DNA from: Bacteroidales bacterium
GTDB taxonomy: Bacteria; Bacteroidota; Bacteroidia; Bacteroidales; UBA12077
Direction of reading: 5' to 3'
Assembly (NCBI GenBank): GCA_019038645.1
Contig: JAHOYT010000011.1
Coordinates: 63,909-127,908, forward strand
Length of the DNA stretch: 64,000 nucleotides
The notes under the pieces are model-generated. The model saw nothing but the letters and a program-made list of their open reading frames with translations, searched no databases and was not told where the DNA came from. Below, one piece after another: positions 23,586 to 33,809 of the stretch (position 1 is its first letter; every line of letters starts with the position of its first letter). Both the position numbers and the translations under genes were made by a program.

Positions 23586-24845
23586 TTATAACAAAAATAA
23601 TTTCCAAACAATATAGTAAATACCAAATCCGGTTAAAATAATTAGTCCAATCCAGGACAGAATTTTTAACCACATCCCTGGTTGATTTTCCAGGGGCATA
23701 TTATTGCTTGTAACAACTTTCAGGTTTAAATATCCTAAAATAGGTGCAGTAAGGAATGATAATGTAGTAGCTAAATCAACCTGAAAACTCATTCCTTTCA
23801 GGAAAAACGTTATTATTATCATTGTTCCGGTTAATAATATTCCCAGCCAAAACCACGATAGCCAATTCCAATTGTCATTATCATTTTTCTTCAAATTAGG
23901 AATCAGTAATTCTGTTGCAGGTTTTAAAACTCTTGGATAAGCATCCAAACAGGTTAACGTAGTACTCGACATAGTTGCCAGAGCCGCTATAGCGATAAAA
24001 ATATATGACCATGAACCAAGGCTAGAGGTAAATAAACTGATAAGCTGCCCGGCAAATGTGGTCCCGCTATTTGAAAAACTTTCACCAGAACCATACATTA
24101 CAAGAGCACCAAGCGATAAAAACCCCAGAGATAAAATTGCTGTTCCAATATAACCAACATTAAAATCAAATAACGATTCTTTTACTGTGGGAATATGTTT
24201 TCCTTCTTTACGCTTGGCAATTGACCAAAACGAATGCCATACCGATATATCAATAGCAGAAGGCATCCAGCCGGCAATTGCTATCAGCAATGCAATGTCG
24301 CTAAATTCCCAGTTAAAATTTCTTATATATTCAGGATTTGGGTTGAATCCTTTAGTAAAAGCAGATACAACTGCTATAATTGTTGATATTGCCAAAAGGA
24401 TAATAATAAATTTTATTACCTTATCCAGTAAAGAATATTTGCCAATTGAAACTATTAATGTTGCAATTCCTAAAATAATGATTGTCCATGTAACAGTACT
24501 AAAAGCCCCCGGAAATACAGTTGAAAACAAACCAGCTGTAACAACTGTAATTGCTGCCTGTAAAGTGAACATGGTTGTAATAGTCAGTATCAGATATAAT
24601 ATTAGCGCACCTTTTCCTAATCGCTTATAACCATGTAATAAACTTTCTCCCGTTGACGAGGCATATCTTGGTCCAAATTCAAAAAATGGATATTTAAATA
24701 AATTTATTAATAAAATAAGTATTACTAACTGGAACCCATAAATGGCTCCGGCCCTTGTTGACTGAACTAAATGTGAAACTCCGATAGCAGCACCTGCCCA
24801 CAATAAACCGGGCCCTAAGGACCTAAGTAAATTTCTGAATCTCAT
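23586..24845 (-). CDS. Nramp-family divalent metal cation transporter
   Basis: About 11 TM helices. N-terminal GPGLLWAGAAIGVSHLVQSTRAG resembles the Nramp/MntH-like family. Confidence 0.75.
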   Translation of the reverse strand: MRFRNLLRSLGPGLLWAGAAIGVSHLVQSTRAGAIYGFQLVILILLINLFKYPFFEFGPRYASSTGESLLHGYKRLGKGALILYLILTITTMFTLQAAITVVTAGLFSTVFPGAFSTVTWTIIILGIATLIVSIGKYSLLDKVIKFIIILLAISTIIAVVSAFTKGFNPNPEYIRNFNWEFSDIALLIAIAGWMPSAIDISVWHSFWSIAKRKEGKHIPTVKESLFDFNVGYIGTAILSLGFLSLGALVMYGSGESFSNSGTTFAGQLISLFTSSLGSWSYIFIAIAALATMSSTTLTCLDAYPRVLKPATELLIPNLKKNDNDNWNWLSWFWLGILLTGTMIIITFFLKGMSFQVDLATTLSFLTAPILGYLNLKVVTSNNMPLENQPGMWLKILSWIGLIILTGFGIYYIVWKLFLL

Positions 24846-25329
24846 TTATGTCAGTTTATGGATAATACAAATTTTAAGACACGTTAAAAATATTATAAAA
24901 AGACTTATTATTATTGATCCGGTAACAATAATTTTGTTCAACATATTTTTGAAAACATGTAAATGTTATGCTGTCTTTTATTAAAAGCCATTTTAAATTA
25001 ATGACTTATTATTCATTAATATTGATTTGTTTACCCGTCTTTTTTAGAATGATTCCAAAAAACATATCGCTGACGAATTATAAGATTTTAATATGTAGAT
25101 ATTTATATAATAATAGTAAGTTCGGTTTCTTGTTTTGTACGACACTTATTTTTATATTTGCCCACTTGTAAATAAACAGTATTTTAGACTAAATACAGAT
25201 TTTAAATTTGTATTTGTTTTAAAAGTTTGTTTTATAAAAGTTTATATCAAATATAAATACTTAATTTTTTCGAACCGAAATTATTAAGTATAAAAAAAGA
25301 TTTAAATTATTAACTTAAATAGAGATTAA

Positions 25330-26079
25330 ATGAAAATTCTAATTTGCTTAAGTAATGTTCCGGATACTACTACAAAAGCTAAGTTTGTGAATGATAATAC
25401 AGCTTTTGATACCACCGGAGTACAATGGATTATTAATCCCTGGGATGAACTTGCATTAACCAGAGCTCTGGAACTTAAATCTGATGCAGCAAGCTCCATT
25501 GAAAATATTACTGTTATAACAGTTGGAGGACAAGATGCTGAACCCACAATGAGAAAAGCTTTAGCAATTGGTGCTGACGATGCTGTAAGAATTGATGCTG
25601 AGCCAAAAGATGCATATTTTGTAGCAGCACAAATTGCAGAATACATAAAAAGCAACCCTTTCGATTTGATTTTTAGTGGAATTGAATCTGCCGATTATAA
25701 CGGATCAGCAGCAGGTGGAATGTTAGCAGAGTTTTTAAATATTCCTTCTGTTTCTGCAGGATCATCAGTAAATATTGAAAACGGACAAATAAAAATTACA
25801 AGAGATATTGATGGTGGAACTGAAGATGTTACACCTGAATTACCTGTTGTGGCAATTGTACAAAAAGGTATCGCAAAAGAACCTATGATTGCAGCAATGC
25901 GTGGTATTATGATGGCACGTAAAAAGCCTCTTAATGTTGTAGCGCCGGTTGAGGTTGAAGCATTAACAGAGATTGTTAATTTTGAAATGCCACAACCTAA
26001 GCCAGCATGTAAAATGATTGAACCTGAGAATGTAAAAGAATTAGTAAATCTGCTTCAGAACGAAGCTAAAGTGATCTAA
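25330..26079 (+). CDS. etfB: Electron transfer flavoprotein beta subunit
   Basis: MKILICLSNVPDTTTK..., INPWDELALTRALELK, 249 aa. Confidence 0.93.
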   Translation: MKILICLSNVPDTTTKAKFVNDNTAFDTTGVQWIINPWDELALTRALELKSDAASSIENITVITVGGQDAEPTMRKALAIGADDAVRIDAEPKDAYFVAAQIAEYIKSNPFDLIFSGIESADYNGSAAGGMLAEFLNIPSVSAGSSVNIENGQIKITRDIDGGTEDVTPELPVVAIVQKGIAKEPMIAAMRGIMMARKKPLNVVAPVEVEALTEIVNFEMPQPKPACKMIEPENVKELVNLLQNEAKVI

Positions 26080-26156
26080 TTTCAGGGAAATCACCAGCCT
26101 GCTGGGGTATGGCAGGTTATTAATAAATCAAATTAAGAATTTAATAAAATTAAGAT

Positions 26157-27122
26157 ATGTCAGTATTAGTATTTACAGAAAATTGGGACGGAAAATTCAA
26201 GAAAATGTCTTTTGAATTAGTTTCCTATGCAAGTAAAATTGCTGAAATGTTAAATATCCAAACTGTAGCCCTTTCAATTGGCGATGTTCAGGAAAATGAG
26301 CTTAAAAAACTTGGTAATTATGCAGCAGATAAAATAATATCTGTAAACCATGATAAATTACAGAATTTAGACAATCAGGCTTATACTTCAGTTATTGCTG
26401 AAATAGCTGAGAAAGAAGGAGCAAAAGTTGTTATAATTGCTCAGAATAATATGGGTAAAGCATTAGCTCCAAGATTATCAGTGAAATTAAAAGCTGGTTT
26501 AGGTGCAGGTGTTAGTAAATTACCATCAAGTGTTGAACCGTTTACTATTTTCAAAAAAGTATATTCAGGTAAAGCGTATTCAAACCTTGTAATAAAGTCT
26601 GATATTAAGATTCTTACTTTAGCTCAGAACTCGTTTGAATTTGAAGAAAATGATAAATCTCCTGCTATTGAAAACTTTGAGCCTGCATTAGGTGATGATT
26701 TATTCAAAACATCTGTTTCAAATGTTCAGAAACAAACAGGTAAAATATTGCTTAACGATGCTGATGTTGTTGTTTCAGGTGGTCGCGGAATGAAATCAGG
26801 TGATCAGTGGGCACCAATTGAGGAATTGGCAGAGTTATTAGGTGCTGCTACAGCTTGTTCGCGTCCTGTTTCTGATGAAGGCTGGAGACCTCATGATGAG
26901 CATACCGGACAAACAGGTAAAATTATTGCTCCTAACTTGTATATCGCAGCTGGAATTTCTGGTGCAATACAACACCTTGCAGGTATAAGTTCATCTAAAT
27001 GTATTGTTGCAATCAATACAGATAAGGATGCTCCAATTTTTGAAGCTGCTGATTATGGTATAGTAGGTGATGTAGCAAAGGTACTACCGGATTTTATTCA
27101 GGCAGTTAAGGAAATAAAGTAA
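26157..27122 (+). CDS. etfA: Electron transfer flavoprotein alpha subunit
   Basis: FAD-binding C-terminal region VVSGGRG ... GQTGKIIAPNLYIAAGISGAIQHLAG. Confidence 0.93.
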   Translation: MSVLVFTENWDGKFKKMSFELVSYASKIAEMLNIQTVALSIGDVQENELKKLGNYAADKIISVNHDKLQNLDNQAYTSVIAEIAEKEGAKVVIIAQNNMGKALAPRLSVKLKAGLGAGVSKLPSSVEPFTIFKKVYSGKAYSNLVIKSDIKILTLAQNSFEFEENDKSPAIENFEPALGDDLFKTSVSNVQKQTGKILLNDADVVVSGGRGMKSGDQWAPIEELAELLGAATACSRPVSDEGWRPHDEHTGQTGKIIAPNLYIAAGISGAIQHLAGISSSKCIVAINTDKDAPIFEAADYGIVGDVAKVLPDFIQAVKEIK

Positions 27123-27142
27123 TTAACGTTAAAGAATATTTG

Positions 27143-27187
27143 CAAAGACAAAAGTTTATTTAGCAATATCTTTTGTCTTTGTCATTT
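27143..27187 (+). terminator. Stem-loop after etfA
   Basis: CAAAGACAAAAG ... CTTTTGTCTTTG (12-bp stem, 15-nt loop) then TCATTTT. Confidence 0.5.
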
Positions 27188-27335
27188 TGTAAAAGTGGGA
27201 TTTGTGATAAATGCCAAATAATATGTGCTCATAGAAATCAATAAATTATTTTCAATTATTTGATTTGTTACTATAAATTTTTATTTTGGCATCCGCATTT
27301 TAAAAAAGTAAATTTTACTTTATAAAAGTTAGACG

Positions 27336-28661
27336 ATGATAAATAGTATAATATTTATTTTATTATGGGTTGGGGCGATAGCTTTCTTTACATGGAATGT
27401 TAAAAAGATTTCAAGAAATATTAAGCTTGGCAGAGATATCGATCGTAAGGGTAACAAGAAAAAAAGATGGAGTCTTGTTTTAAAAGTTGCAGTTGGCCAG
27501 TCAAAAATAATGAGATTACCAATATCAGGAATATTACACATTTTTGTATATGCCGGATTTATTCTTGTTAATATCGAAATGCTGGAAGTAATGGTAGATG
27601 GTATTGCCGGAACACACAGAGCTTTATCCTTTTTCGGATTTTTATACCCCATTGCTATTAGTGCTTTTGAGTTTTTTGCTTTACTGGTAATAATAGGTTG
27701 TCTGATATTTCTGGTAAGAAGAAATGTGTTAAGAGTAAACAGATTTTGGAAACCAGAAATGAAATGGTGGCCACGTTTAGATGCAAACCTTATATTATTA
27801 ACAGAGGTTATTTTAATGACATCAATATTCTTTATGAATGCTTCTGATGTTATATTACAAAGCAGAGGTTTCGAACATTACCACAAGGTTGGTTCATTCT
27901 TTTTAAGCTCGGTTTTTATTCCGATGTTAACAAATCTTCCTTCAGAAACACTTGTTTTTATTGAAAGACTTTGTTGGTGGTTACATATTGTAGGTATAAT
28001 GATATTCTTAAACTACATACCTTATTCGAAGCACTTTCATGTATTTCTTTCTTTTATAAATGTATTCCATTCAAAACTGGAGCCGGTTGGGAAATTAGCT
28101 AATATGCCATCAATTACAACAGAAGTGAAAAGCATGTTAACAGGTGAAGAACCGCCATTGGATGAGAATGCAGAAGATGTTGCATTTGGGGCACAGGATG
28201 TAAAACAACTAACATGGAAACATTTAATGGATTCATATACATGTACTGAGTGCGGTCGCTGTACAAGAGTGTGTCCTGCTAATATTACTGGTAAAATACT
28301 TTCTCCACGTAAATTAATTATGGATACTCGTGACAGATTAGAACTTACCGGGAAAAATATTGATAAGAAAGGAGATGATTATTCAGATGATAAAACATTA
28401 TTTGATTACATATCTGCTGAAGAATTATGGGCTTGTACAACTTGTAATGCATGTACAAATGCCTGTCCTGTAAATATAGATCAGGTATCGTTAATTCTTG
28501 AGTTGAGAAGATATATTGTAATGGAACAGGCAGCAGCTCCTGGAGAGCTAAATGCTATTTTTAATAATATTGAAAACAATGGCGCTCCATGGCAATTCTC
28601 GCAGGATGATCGTATGCTTTGGGCGGATGAGCTTTATATTAATGAAAAAAGTGATCAGTAA
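27336..28661 (+). CDS. Membrane-bound (Fe-S)-binding oxidoreductase: N-terminal NarI/DsrM-like membrane domain plus a 2x[4Fe-4S] ferredoxin domain (EtfD-like, part 1)
   Basis: About 5 TM helices with conserved His residues (ILHIFVYAGF, WWLHIVG, SKHFHVF), then CTECGRCTRVCP and CTTCNACTNACP cluster motifs. Confidence 0.75.
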   Translation: MINSIIFILLWVGAIAFFTWNVKKISRNIKLGRDIDRKGNKKKRWSLVLKVAVGQSKIMRLPISGILHIFVYAGFILVNIEMLEVMVDGIAGTHRALSFFGFLYPIAISAFEFFALLVIIGCLIFLVRRNVLRVNRFWKPEMKWWPRLDANLILLTEVILMTSIFFMNASDVILQSRGFEHYHKVGSFFLSSVFIPMLTNLPSETLVFIERLCWWLHIVGIMIFLNYIPYSKHFHVFLSFINVFHSKLEPVGKLANMPSITTEVKSMLTGEEPPLDENAEDVAFGAQDVKQLTWKHLMDSYTCTECGRCTRVCPANITGKILSPRKLIMDTRDRLELTGKNIDKKGDDYSDDKTLFDYISAEELWACTTCNACTNACPVNIDQVSLILELRRYIVMEQAAAPGELNAIFNNIENNGAPWQFSQDDRMLWADELYINEKSDQ

Positions 28662-28787
28662 GTTTTGAATAATACATAATGATTTTTAAATAGAAATTAA
28701 AGAGTAAAGTTCAATGTTTAAGTTTAAAGTTCAAAAATAAATACTAAAACTTTAAACTCGTAACTAAAAACTTTCAACTATAATATA
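28662..28787. repeat. Intercistronic heptamer-periodic repeat element (AACTNNN)n with an imperfect complementary arm
   Basis: GTTTAAGTTTAAAGTTCAAAA ... AAAACTTTAAACTCGTAACTAAAAACTTTCAAC. Shares the exact 12-mer AACTTTAAACTC (28748-28759) with 61621-61632. Confidence 0.55.
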
Positions 28788-29588
28788 ATGACAGAAGGTA
28801 AACAAAAAATCAAAGTTCCTGTAATGGCTGATCTTTTTGCTAAAGGCGAAAAGCCGGAGTATTTACTTTGGGTAGGTAGCGCAGGGGCATTCGATGATAG
28901 ATATAAAAAAGTAACACGTGCATTTGTTAAGATTCTGACTCATCTGAATATAAGTTATGCAGTTTTAGGTGTTGAGGAATCATCGAGTGGTGATGTTGCA
29001 CGTCGTGCAGGTAATGAAATGCTATTTCAGATGCAGGCAATGACTAATATAGAGATCATGAATTCTTACGAAGTAAAAAAGATAATTACTTGTGATCCAC
29101 ATGCATTCAATACATTTAAGAATGAATATCCCGATTATGATGGAAATTATGAAGTAATGCATCATACACAATTTCTATATAAGTTAATTTCAGAAGGGAA
29201 ACTTAATATTAAAAGTGATTTATTTAAGAATAAAACAATCACTTATCATGATCCGTGTTATCTGGGGCGCGCAAATGGTGAATACGATGCTCCAAGAGAA
29301 GTTATGACTACAGTTCCGTCAAAAAAAGTTGAAATGAAACGAAATAAAAGTAATGCTTTGTGTTGTGGTGCAGGTGGTGGACAAATGTTTAAGGAAGCTG
29401 AAAAAGGCGATAAAGAAATTTTTATTGAAAGAACCGAAGATTTATTGGAAACCGGTGCTGACATTATCGTAACAGCGTGTCCGTATTGCATGGTAATGAT
29501 GACAGATGGATTAAAATACAAAAACAAAGAAGAAGAAATAAAAAATTACGATATTGCAGAACTAATAGAACAATCTTTAGAATTATAA
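28788..29588 (+). CDS. Cysteine-rich CCG-domain (HdrD/GlpC-like) Fe-S protein (EtfD-like, part 2)
   Basis: Two CCG-type regions: CDPH ... DPCYLGR ... CCGAGGG ... ACPYC. Confidence 0.75.
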   Translation: MTEGKQKIKVPVMADLFAKGEKPEYLLWVGSAGAFDDRYKKVTRAFVKILTHLNISYAVLGVEESSSGDVARRAGNEMLFQMQAMTNIEIMNSYEVKKIITCDPHAFNTFKNEYPDYDGNYEVMHHTQFLYKLISEGKLNIKSDLFKNKTITYHDPCYLGRANGEYDAPREVMTTVPSKKVEMKRNKSNALCCGAGGGQMFKEAEKGDKEIFIERTEDLLETGADIIVTACPYCMVMMTDGLKYKNKEEEIKNYDIAELIEQSLEL

Positions 29589-29605
29589 ATTAAAACTAAA
29601 ATAAA

Positions 29606-31387
29606 ATGGAAAAAGATTTAACCATAAAAGGTGGTGAATTTTTATTGAAGAAGACTGAAGCCAATGATATTTTTATACCTGAAGAATTTGATGAAGAACA
29701 ACAGATGATCGCACAAACATGTGACGATTTTCTTGAAACTGAAGTTTTTCCAATTCTTGACAGAATTGATTCTCAGGAAGAAGGTTTAATGAGAAGTATA
29801 GTTGAAAAAGCAGGAGAGTTAGGCCTGTTAGGGGTTTCTATACCTGAAGAATACGACGGTTTCGGACAATCATTTGTTACATCGATGCTTTCCAGTGAAA
29901 GAATGGGAGCTGGTAATTCATTTGCTGTTGCTTTTTCAGCACATACCGGAATTGGCTCTTTACCAATAGCGTATTACGGAAACCACGAGCAAAAACAAAA
30001 ATATCTGACAAAACTTGCAACAGGTGAATGGGCTGGTGCTTATTGTTTAACTGAGCCGGGAGCAGGTTCTGATGCCAACTCTGGTAAAACAAAAGCAGTG
30101 CTTTCTGAAGATGGGAAACATTATATTTTAAACGGACAAAAAATGTGGATCACTAATGGTGGTTTTGCAGATGTTCAGACTGTATTTGCTAAGATTGATA
30201 ATGATAGAGTACTTAGTGCATTTATTGTTGAAAGAGAATGGGATGGCGTTGTTTTAAACCCTGAAGAAAAAAAGATGGGTATTAAAGGATCATCTACCAG
30301 ACAAATATTCTATAACGATGTAAAAGTTCCTGTTGAAAACTTATTAGGTAAACGTGGCGAAGGATTCAGAATTGCATTAAATATTTTGCACATGGGACGT
30401 ATCAAATTAGGAGGAAACGTTCTTGGTGCTGCTAAAAGAGCTGTTGATCAATCTGTTAATTATGCAAATGAGCGTAAGCAGTTTGGTACTTTAATAGCTA
30501 ATTTCGGAGCAATTAAACATAAATTAGCCCAACAAGTAATTAAAACTTTTACAACAGAATCTGCTGTTTACAGAGTAAGTAAGGATATTGATGATGCTAT
30601 TGAAATATATAAAACAAAAGAAGGATGTGATTACGGCAGAGCTGTTATGGATGCCTTCGGTCAATATGGTGCTGAAGCTGCTATAATGAAAGTGTTTGGT
30701 TCTGAAGCATTAGATTATATTGCTGATGAAAATGTTCAAATAATGGGTGGAATGGGATTTTCTGCTGAAATGCCAGCCGATAGAGGATACCGAGATTCCC
30801 GTATTAATCGTATTTTCGAAGGTACAAACGAAATTAATCGTATTCTGCTTGCTGATACTATTATTAAACGTGGGCAAAAAGGAACAATACCATTATTCGA
30901 AAAAGCAAAAGAAATTGTTGCAGGATTAGATAATTTAACTAATTCATATGAAACAAAAGGATATTTTGAAGATAAATCATTCTTTGTGGAAAACTTCAAA
31001 AATATTGCTTTAATGTTAATGGAAGTTGCTGTAAATAAATTTGATCGTAAATTGGTTCATGAACAGGAAGTTCTTAATAGTATTTCTGATATTCTTATGA
31101 GCGTTTATGTTGCGGAATCAACTATGTTACGCGTTCAGAAGTTGGAATCTGTTAAATCAGAGGATTTTAACTTATACAAAGATATGCTTGATGTATATGT
31201 ATTCGAATCTGCTTCTTTAATTCATAAGCATGCATTGGATGCTATTCATTCAATCGAAGACGACAAGCTAACTGAAAAATTGATTAAAGGAACTCAGATT
31301 TATACTAATGTTCCTGGTATTAATGTTAAAGATGCACGAAGAAGAATAGCTGATAAATTAATCGGGGAAAACAAATACTGTTTCTAA
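29606..31387 (+). CDS. Long-form acyl-CoA dehydrogenase (593 aa, with C-terminal extension)
   Basis: CLTEPGAGSDA, WITNGG and GGMGFSAEMPADRGYRDSRINRIFEGTNEINR motifs. Confidence 0.9.
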   Translation: MEKDLTIKGGEFLLKKTEANDIFIPEEFDEEQQMIAQTCDDFLETEVFPILDRIDSQEEGLMRSIVEKAGELGLLGVSIPEEYDGFGQSFVTSMLSSERMGAGNSFAVAFSAHTGIGSLPIAYYGNHEQKQKYLTKLATGEWAGAYCLTEPGAGSDANSGKTKAVLSEDGKHYILNGQKMWITNGGFADVQTVFAKIDNDRVLSAFIVEREWDGVVLNPEEKKMGIKGSSTRQIFYNDVKVPVENLLGKRGEGFRIALNILHMGRIKLGGNVLGAAKRAVDQSVNYANERKQFGTLIANFGAIKHKLAQQVIKTFTTESAVYRVSKDIDDAIEIYKTKEGCDYGRAVMDAFGQYGAEAAIMKVFGSEALDYIADENVQIMGGMGFSAEMPADRGYRDSRINRIFEGTNEINRILLADTIIKRGQKGTIPLFEKAKEIVAGLDNLTNSYETKGYFEDKSFFVENFKNIALMLMEVAVNKFDRKLVHEQEVLNSISDILMSVYVAESTMLRVQKLESVKSEDFNLYKDMLDVYVFESASLIHKHALDAIHSIEDDKLTEKLIKGTQIYTNVPGINVKDARRRIADKLIGENKYCF

Positions 31388-31410
31388 GTATTGCTCTTTA
31401 TAATATTATA

Positions 31411-31442
31411 AGCCTCTTTTCGAAAGATCAGGGGCTTTTTTT
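31411..31442 (+). terminator. Rho-independent terminator after the acyl-CoA dehydrogenase gene
   Basis: AGCCTCT...AGGGGCT hairpin followed by a T7 run. Confidence 0.65.
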
Positions 31443-31506
31443 ATTTTATTAGCGGTTTGAAAGCTTAATATTTTCAATTAAATTTACTGATATTAAAATT
31501 GAAAAG

Positions 31507-32307
31507 ATGAGTTTGAATAGTGATTTTGAAAATGGAATTGTAATTCTTGGAGCAGGTAATGTTGCAACTCATTTGTCTTTAGCTTTAAAGAAAGCAGGAT
31601 TTCCGATTAAATGTATTTATAGCAAAACAATTGATGCCGCTAAAGAATTAGCGTTAAAGGTCGACTCTCATTATACTAATGAAATAAATCAAATCCCTGT
31701 CGAAGCTGATATATATATCATAGCTGTTAAAGACGAGATTATAGAGGAGATTGTAAAGAATATAAAATTACAATACGGGATAATAGTTCATACAGCAGGG
31801 AGTATTTCAATGAATGTTTTTGAAAACCGGTTTAAAAATTACGGAGTGTTTTATCCGGTACAGACATTTTCAAAATCAAGAGAGATTGATTTTTCAAATA
31901 TTCCGGTTTGTATCGAAGCGAGTAATAAATTATTAGAAAACAAACTTTTTAATCTTGCAAAATGCCTTAGTAAAAGTGTCCATTTAATTGATTCCGAAAA
32001 AAGGAAGATGCTACACTTGGCGGCTGTTTTTGCATGTAATTTTGCAAATCACATGTATTCGGCTGCTACAGAAATATTAAATCAATCAGGAATCTCTTTT
32101 GATTTACTAAAACCATTAATTGAGGAAACAGCTCAAAAAGCAATCGATAGTGATCCAGCTAAAGCTCAAACAGGACCAGCTGTAAGAAATGATCTAAATG
32201 TTATTAATAAACATTTAGAAATGTTAAAAAGCAATCCTGAATTAGGGAAAATATATAAATTTGTAAGTGAAAGTATTTATAAGTTAAGTCAACAAAACGA
32301 TAAGTAA
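31507..32307 (+). CDS. Rossmann-fold NAD(P)-binding protein with DUF2520-like C-terminus
   Basis: N-terminal IVILGAGNVATHLSLAL dinucleotide fold. The family name is from memory. Confidence 0.55.
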   Translation: MSLNSDFENGIVILGAGNVATHLSLALKKAGFPIKCIYSKTIDAAKELALKVDSHYTNEINQIPVEADIYIIAVKDEIIEEIVKNIKLQYGIIVHTAGSISMNVFENRFKNYGVFYPVQTFSKSREIDFSNIPVCIEASNKLLENKLFNLAKCLSKSVHLIDSEKRKMLHLAAVFACNFANHMYSAATEILNQSGISFDLLKPLIEETAQKAIDSDPAKAQTGPAVRNDLNVINKHLEMLKSNPELGKIYKFVSESIYKLSQQNDK

Positions 32308-32313
32308 ATTAAA

Positions 32314-32820
32314 ATGGCAAATTTTAAAGAAGATCTTCAGAATATAAAAGCATTTGTATTTGATGTCGATGGTGTTTTTACCGATGGGCAAATTTATTTA
32401 GATCCAAGTGGTGAATTCGTGCGTTCAGTTAATATGAAAGATGGATATGCTGTAAATTATGCATTAAAACAAGGATATATAATTGGAATTATTTCGGGAG
32501 GGAATTCGGAAGCAACACAAAAACGTTTTAAATATCTTGGAATAACTGATATATATATGAATTCGAGAGATAAAGTAAATGATTTTGAGGATTTTTATTA
32601 TAAATACGGATTAAAACCCGAAGAAATTCTTTATATGGGAGATGATTTGCCCGATTATGAAGTAATGCAAATAGCAGGATTACCCACTTGTCCATCTGAT
32701 GCAGCTGAAGAAATCAAAGCTATTTCGAAATATATATCAACATTTAATGGTGGCAGGGGATGTGTACGGGATGTAATTGAACAAGTGTTACGATTACAGG
32801 GGAAATGGAAAAAGTTTTAA
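32314..32820 (+). CDS. kdsC: KDO 8-phosphate phosphatase (HAD-IIIA, KdsC)
   Basis: FVFDVDGVFTDG motif I, size 168 aa, GDDLPD motif. Confidence 0.85.
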   Translation: MANFKEDLQNIKAFVFDVDGVFTDGQIYLDPSGEFVRSVNMKDGYAVNYALKQGYIIGIISGGNSEATQKRFKYLGITDIYMNSRDKVNDFEDFYYKYGLKPEEILYMGDDLPDYEVMQIAGLPTCPSDAAEEIKAISKYISTFNGGRGCVRDVIEQVLRLQGKWKKF

Positions 32821-32846
32821 TTAAATCAATAACCGGAGGTTAATAG

Positions 32847-33797
32847 ATGATCAACTTTTTACGTCTTATTCGTTACAAGAACTTATTAATTATTGTTCTT
32901 ACGCAATATTTAATGCGTTGGAGTATTATAAAACCCATACTCGGGGTTTATGAATTTAAGTTACAATTTTCTGAGTTAAATTTCTTTTTTCTGGTAATGG
33001 CAACAGTTTTTATTACTGCCGCCGGATACGTAATTAATGATTATTTCGATACTAAAACAGATATGGTGAACAGACCGGAAACTGTAATTGTGGGTAAATT
33101 AATGAACCGAAGATGGGCTATTTTATTACACGTTCTTTTTAATTCAATTGGAATTGGTTTGGGTACATATATTTCTTTTTATATAGGAATACCCGTGCTA
33201 TCGCTGGTTTTTGTTTTAATTACAGGAATTTTGTGGTTTTATTCGACTACTTATAAACGTCAGTTTCTAATTGGGAATATAATTGTTGCATTTCTAACCG
33301 CAGTTGTTCCTTTAATGGTTATTCTTTTTGAAATTCCCTTATTGAAAAATGAATATGGTCTGTTATTAAAAGAGTTGAGGTCAGATTTTACACATATAAT
33401 ATTATGGGTTAGTGCTTTTGCATTATTTGCATTTCTGTTAACAATGATCAGAGAAATAATTAAAGACGTAGAAGATTACGAAGGTGATAGTGCTTATGGC
33501 AGAAAAACAATGCCGATTGTTTTGGGAGTACTGAATTCAAAAATAATAATTATTACTTTTTTATTAACTACACTATTTTCAATTGTTTATATTTATTTAA
33601 GGTTTTTGAATGATTTGGTAACACTTATTTATTTTGGTGTATTTCTGATCATTCCTTTGCTTTACCTTTTATATAAAATTATTGTTGCGGACGATAAAAA
33701 AGATTACCATACTGCAAGTAATTTGTCTAAAGTAATTATGCTTGCAGGTATTTTCTATGCTTTGGTCGCAAATTATATTATTATTCAGAATTTTTAA
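32847..33797 (+). CDS. UbiA-family prenyltransferase
   Basis: NDYFDTKTD (NDxxDxxxD) and DVEDYEGD Asp-rich motifs; about 8-9 TM helices. Confidence 0.85.
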   Translation: MINFLRLIRYKNLLIIVLTQYLMRWSIIKPILGVYEFKLQFSELNFFFLVMATVFITAAGYVINDYFDTKTDMVNRPETVIVGKLMNRRWAILLHVLFNSIGIGLGTYISFYIGIPVLSLVFVLITGILWFYSTTYKRQFLIGNIIVAFLTAVVPLMVILFEIPLLKNEYGLLLKELRSDFTHIILWVSAFALFAFLLTMIREIIKDVEDYEGDSAYGRKTMPIVLGVLNSKIIIITFLLTTLFSIVYIYLRFLNDLVTLIYFGVFLIIPLLYLLYKIIVADDKKDYHTASNLSKVIMLAGIFYALVANYIIIQNF

Positions 33798-33809
33798 AAT
33801 TAATTTTTT

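Noticed and set aside
24187-24630. 147-aa ORF antisense to the Nramp transporter. The same applies to 25326-25655, 27329-27652, 29258-29527, 35147-35464, 39248-39505 and 46213-46866.
   Set aside because: All are antisense to strongly supported CDSs and have no recognisable motifs. They are typical shadow ORFs.
24846-24960. Looked for a Mn (yybP-ykoY) riboswitch upstream of the Nramp transporter
   Set aside because: The leader is uniformly AT-rich, with none of the GC-rich conserved helices of that riboswitch.
24968-25171. 67-aa hydrophobic ORF in the 480-bp Nramp/etfB intergenic region
   Set aside because: It is a low-complexity AT-rich translation (Leu/Ile/Phe/Tyr) with no support. The region is more likely promoter DNA, as it contains TAnnTTTG-like motifs at 25153 and 25203.
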